From: an uncultured virus (IMG/VR IMGVR_UViG_3300037792_000004)
Lineage: Duplodnaviria; Heunggongvirae; Uroviricota; Caudoviricetes
Length of the DNA: 20,000 bases
IMG/VR virus record: IMGVR_UViG_3300037792_000004
Reading direction: 5' to 3' (one strand)
This document shows positions 16,297 to 20,000 of this stretch, piece by piece (positions within the stretch are counted from its first letter, which is position 1; each line of letters starts with the position of its first letter). The notes under the pieces are model-generated. The model was not told the DNA's origin. It was given only the letters and a program-made list of their open reading frames with translations, and ran no database searches. A program made the position numbers and the translations under genes.

Positions 16297-16342
16297 AGAG
16301 TGCCGGTCAGACCCAATCAAAAACACCCGCGCGGATGCACGG
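16297..16342 (-). promoter_or_regulatory. Putative late promoter (copy A) of the head operon
   Basis: CCGTGCATCCGCGCGGGTGT (16342-16323), 20 nt, CACTCT (16302-16297), ATG 7 nt further with no SD. Confidence 0.6.
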
Positions 16343-16451
16343 TTAGTGTCAGTCAGTGGTTAAGGTTTAGAATTCTACGCTTGCTGAGATAATGGCCGTA
16401 AATTGTATGGAGTGTAGTCATACGCCTAGACTTCAAAGACAGGATTTGATG

Positions 16452-17939
16452 CTACCAGCATGTTGGATCCCTGTCTTCCTGAGGTTGAGATGCAATACTG
16501 TTTAAATCCACCAAAGTGTTCAAAAAATACTCTGAAAAGTGTTGGCTCTGTGGGGCTGAATTCCCAATTGATTTTGAAGGACATGATAGTTTTTGACACT
16601 CATCTCCAATGCATAAGTCACTTAATTGAACGGCACTTGATTGAATGGAAATTGGATGTACTGAAAGTCCCTGCCGCTCGTAGTGGTCATGTAGACTGTC
16701 TTCTTCCCTGTTCAGTCTTCTAACAATCTGTTCGATCGGCTCGCCCCATTCTGCAGATATAAAATAAGTTCCGAGATCTACATGTTGATCTTTTTCACCA
16801 TTACAGGTTTGTGGGACGTTGACGCCTTCCGGTACCAAAGGTGGACCATTTAGCGAGAATTTGCGTCGTATGTATTTTTTAGGCGTTCCATTCGGAGTGC
16901 AGCCAACAGCAACAATGTCCAGATGCACTCCTTTTTCACTATAACAAGCTTCCGATAGGAAGTCTGGATCGGTGTATTTTACGCTTCGAAAATCCGCTCC
17001 CGTTACGTTGGCGCCGCGAAAAACTGTGTTGGATATCTTAAGATCGTAATCAGCTGGGTTCTCCAAACACCCTGCCCCATCACCACTTCCGCAGGATCCT
17101 CTTGCAAAAATAGATCCAGCCAAGTTGGATTCCTGGAAATTAGCGCCAGTCATATCGATCGCAACAAATTCACTTATCGGGAAAACCGTTTTTTCGAAGT
17201 CGCTTTCTTTCATCGTTGAATAGGAAACTCTGGCTCCTGGGATGTCCGCAAGCTTCCATTTAAACTGAACTTGATCAAAATTCGTATCGTAGAAATCAAA
17301 AACTCTTAAAGGCTGGCCAAGCCTACCGGTTTCGATTTGACTATCCGTATGAGTCTGCAGATCCTCTTGGATTTTTGCGCGCGAGAAATTTATTCCAGAG
17401 TTGTTAGTAGTTGAGAAGTATACTTTCTCGAGTATAGCTCCCGAGAAGTCAGCATCATTTAGATGAGAGTGCCGAAAATCTACTTTATGGAATCGAGCTT
17501 CTGAGAAATTTGTTTTACAAAATTTACCTTGGCGCAGATCAATATCGCGAAATGGTATACCACTCAGATCTACATTGGATAACGAAACACCCATTTTGTT
17601 GAGGCGTTCCAAGGCCTCAGATTGACCAATTTCGCCTGAAGCACCAATACGCCCTGCACGATCTATTATTGAAAAATACTCGTTTATTGCTGGGATGCGT
17701 CGATCCTCAGCAGAGGAGCGAAGTTCAGAAATTTTCAACCCAAAGTCCGAAAAAACCAAATAAACGCCAACAAGTGCAAGTGCAAAGCCGGCTACTTCTA
17801 TTCTTTGGAAAAGCCAGTTAGGTGCTTCATATCGGAACAAAAATTTGAATGGGAAAAAAAATTTGCTTATGAACAGGTCACGCCGGTTCTTAGTCCGCAA
17901 AAATCGATACCAAATTCTTAATCTTCGTGTAGCAGTCAT
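16452..17939 (-). CDS. Membrane-anchored pentapeptide-repeat protein
   Basis: Basic N-terminus, TM VAGFALALVGVYLVF, repeats LSNVD LSGIP FRDID LRQGK FCKTN FSEAR FHKVD FRHSH LNDAD FSGAI; 10 Cys. Confidence 0.85.
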   Translation of the reverse strand: MTATRRLRIWYRFLRTKNRRDLFISKFFFPFKFLFRYEAPNWLFQRIEVAGFALALVGVYLVFSDFGLKISELRSSAEDRRIPAINEYFSIIDRAGRIGASGEIGQSEALERLNKMGVSLSNVDLSGIPFRDIDLRQGKFCKTNFSEARFHKVDFRHSHLNDADFSGAILEKVYFSTTNNSGINFSRAKIQEDLQTHTDSQIETGRLGQPLRVFDFYDTNFDQVQFKWKLADIPGARVSYSTMKESDFEKTVFPISEFVAIDMTGANFQESNLAGSIFARGSCGSGDGAGCLENPADYDLKISNTVFRGANVTGADFRSVKYTDPDFLSEACYSEKGVHLDIVAVGCTPNGTPKKYIRRKFSLNGPPLVPEGVNVPQTCNGEKDQHVDLGTYFISAEWGEPIEQIVRRLNREEDSLHDHYERQGLSVHPISIQSSAVQLSDLCIGDECQKLSCPSKSIGNSAPQSQHFSEYFLNTLVDLNSIASQPQEDRDPTCW

Positions 17940-18119
17940 TTAGTAGTTTCCCAAAAGATACAAAATGATGGAACAAATATTATATATTCGCCGGTTAGGG
18001 GTTGTGATTAATAAAGTATTTTTTCAAAGTTGGTCGGGCGGAAAATATAATCGAGAGCATTTAAAATATAAATCTTAACGTACTGCAACTAGTTGTTGCA
18101 TTCTTCTGATTATTAATAG

Positions 18120-19769
18120 CTATCTATGAGCAAATAGTAGCCCCATTGGTGATTTCTTCAGTTCCTGATGAGCGTTTCTGAGATCACGAAACCTTTCCGG
18201 GATTTCCTTCAGTTTTGGTGCGTCTATCACTTGATTGATTGCGAAAGCTGCAGCACCAAAAGCAGGTGTTCCTGTTGCGATTGCTGCGACTTCGACGGTG
18301 CCAGCAACTAACCATGATCCCAAATCGTGCCCAGCAAACTTCAAGCCTTTGGCCTTTAGTTCTTTGATGTTTTCCTGGTGCTTTTCGAAAGCATCTTGAA
18401 CATTGTTGACTATTTGATCGCTCGACCGAAAAAATCCATCTGGCTTGGCATTGGCTATCTCGTTGATACCGGCAGATAACGTTTCTCTAATCTCTTCAAA
18501 TGCTCCTTGTTGGCGCATCTCTATCAGCGCTTCGGAAGGAATGTTGCCCAGCCACTGCATGTCGGTATCAGCAACTCTTTGCAGCCCCTTAATCATATGT
18601 AAATGGGTTACTTCGTCATCGGCCATCGCGGAGTTGTATTCCAGCTTCCAATTGAAATATTTCCAGGAAGTCGGAGCGTCCAGCAATGGAGTTCCATAAA
18701 GGTATCGGCTCTTTAGCAGTATATCGGTGGCTTGCATCATCCGACCCATACATTGCATAGCAGCAAAATCTCCCGCCGCGATCTCGCCAGGAAACAATGA
18801 TCCATCGTTCTTGAGCGCCCGTTTTATTTGATCCTCAAGTGTGCCGTCCCAATCAAGGTCGAACAGCAGTTTCTCTCTATCGATTACCTCCTTGACGAGC
18901 TTTTCTGGAGTTTCCAGCGTAGAGCAAAATCCAAAGAGTTCTTCAATGCTTTCAAATTTCCTGCCAAACACTTGCCCCGCGTGAATGAGTCCATCTTTTT
19001 CGGCAATTTTCTCCAAAAAAACGCGCTCATCTTCATCAATCGATGACTTGAACGGCGTTACGATAATTACCGGATTATCAAGCTCAGCCAAGGCTAGATC
19101 TCGATATTTCATAAGATTTATTGCGTGCTTTACTAAGAAATAAACTTGCTTTTCATGGGAAGAGTTTTCAAATACTGCTTTTGATTGCCAAAAAGGGTCT
19201 GACAATATGATTGTATCGACATATAGGCCGACACTACTGGCTATGTTCTTTTGATATGAAGGGAAGAGATCGCCACCGTAGACGGCTTTTGTTCCGTTTA
19301 AGTCTTGAATGTGGTAATGAGAAGACTCAGAAAGCGCGCTCCAAAGCTCTTGAAGTCCCTCGAGAAAGTGTGGGATCTGTGGACTTATGTCCTTAACCGC
19401 CAAGGGTTGCTGAGATATCGCTAAAGCGAAGTCATGCGCATCATAACCTTTTTCACGAGCTTCCGTGACGAAGAAACCCAAATTTGACTCGATGTACTTG
19501 AAGTATGATGCAGCAATTTCTTCTAGCGAAATGGCGTCTTTAGCTTCTTGTCGATCTTGCATAACTGCTGCAATCATGGCTAACGAGCGGATTCGCGCAT
19601 CGACGGTCGCCAGATCTATTTTGCCATCTGTACCGTAACGTATCGCGTTTAAGCTTTTCTCGAGATCATCGGCAAGATGTGCTGCAACATGGATTTTACC
19701 TTCTTCGAAGCGTGCGCGAAGTACCTCTAGCCGCCAACGGAGTTCTTCATCCCGGTCTTCTTTGTTCAT
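18120..19769 (-). CDS. 549-aa hypothetical protein, candidate anti-phage cargo
   Basis: Long intact AT-richer ORF; no family recognised with confidence; Ala/Gly-rich hydrophobic stretch near the C-terminus. Confidence 0.75.
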   Translation of the reverse strand: MNKEDRDEELRWRLEVLRARFEEGKIHVAAHLADDLEKSLNAIRYGTDGKIDLATVDARIRSLAMIAAVMQDRQEAKDAISLEEIAASYFKYIESNLGFFVTEAREKGYDAHDFALAISQQPLAVKDISPQIPHFLEGLQELWSALSESSHYHIQDLNGTKAVYGGDLFPSYQKNIASSVGLYVDTIILSDPFWQSKAVFENSSHEKQVYFLVKHAINLMKYRDLALAELDNPVIIVTPFKSSIDEDERVFLEKIAEKDGLIHAGQVFGRKFESIEELFGFCSTLETPEKLVKEVIDREKLLFDLDWDGTLEDQIKRALKNDGSLFPGEIAAGDFAAMQCMGRMMQATDILLKSRYLYGTPLLDAPTSWKYFNWKLEYNSAMADDEVTHLHMIKGLQRVADTDMQWLGNIPSEALIEMRQQGAFEEIRETLSAGINEIANAKPDGFFRSSDQIVNNVQDAFEKHQENIKELKAKGLKFAGHDLGSWLVAGTVEVAAIATGTPAFGAAAFAINQVIDAPKLKEIPERFRDLRNAHQELKKSPMGLLFAHR

Positions 19770-20000
19770 TTTTCGCTTTGAGTTCGTTTAATGTCAGGGT
19801 TGTAAAGTACCATGGGTAGTATCCCTACTGACCTCGGCCCAGAAAGACAACTTTTAGCTTTCTAGGTTCCAACTGAGCTACTCCCCATCCGTTGGACAGG
19901 ATCTGGCGTAATTTAAGCTACTCTCTGCACCTGCTGATCCATTGCCCGACAGGTGATGTTCACATCACCGAGAGGGAGTTGGTTTTGTTCAATGCGCTGC

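Larger units (their letters stand above)
1..20000 (-). mobile_element. Prophage late (morphogenesis) region: Mu-like head, non-contractile tail with GTA-like tip, two cargo blocks; probably extends beyond both window edges
   Basis: Syntenic, co-oriented, often overlapping virion genes from 16289 down to 1. No ends, transposase or integrase in the window. Assigning 16.4-20 kb to the prophage is inference from position upstream of the protease gene. Confidence 0.88.

Noticed and set aside
19869..19886. Minus-strand GGGGAGTAGCTCAGTTGG resembling a tRNA 5' end
   Set aside because: No clean D-stem closure, anticodon arm, GTTCGA T-loop or matching acceptor strand follows.
19892..20000. Short open frames at the right edge on both strands
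   Set aside because: Too short and motif-free to choose a strand without the next window.

Overview
Alphaproteobacterial-type prophage late region, almost entirely on the minus strand. A Mu-like head module (protease I with internal scaffold Z, decoration protein, major capsid T, HI1506-like, gp36, gpG-like, gp37-like) is followed by a sheathless tail (tube, G/GT chaperones with a -1 slippery site, a short tape measure protein or TMP) and an RcGTA g12/g13/g14-like tail tip. Two visibly AT-richer cargo blocks interrupt the core. Block 1 (~2.73-10.1 kb, between the tail chaperone and TMP genes) holds an orphan SLATT protein, a coupled pair (REase-wHTH plus a 792-aa helical protein resembling an Avs/STAND sensor without an NTPase), a tandem double-Mrr nuclease and a multi-TM protein. 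Block 2 (16.4-19.8 kb, upstream of the protease) holds a membrane-anchored pentapeptide-repeat protein and a 549-aa unknown. Not in the ORF track: a truncated second copy of the TMP 5' end (8985-9077), and three copies of a 20-bp motif each exactly 20 bp from a -10-like hexamer. These suggest the cargo arrived with its own late promoter and TMP start. Family calls come from motif recognition only; no searches were run.
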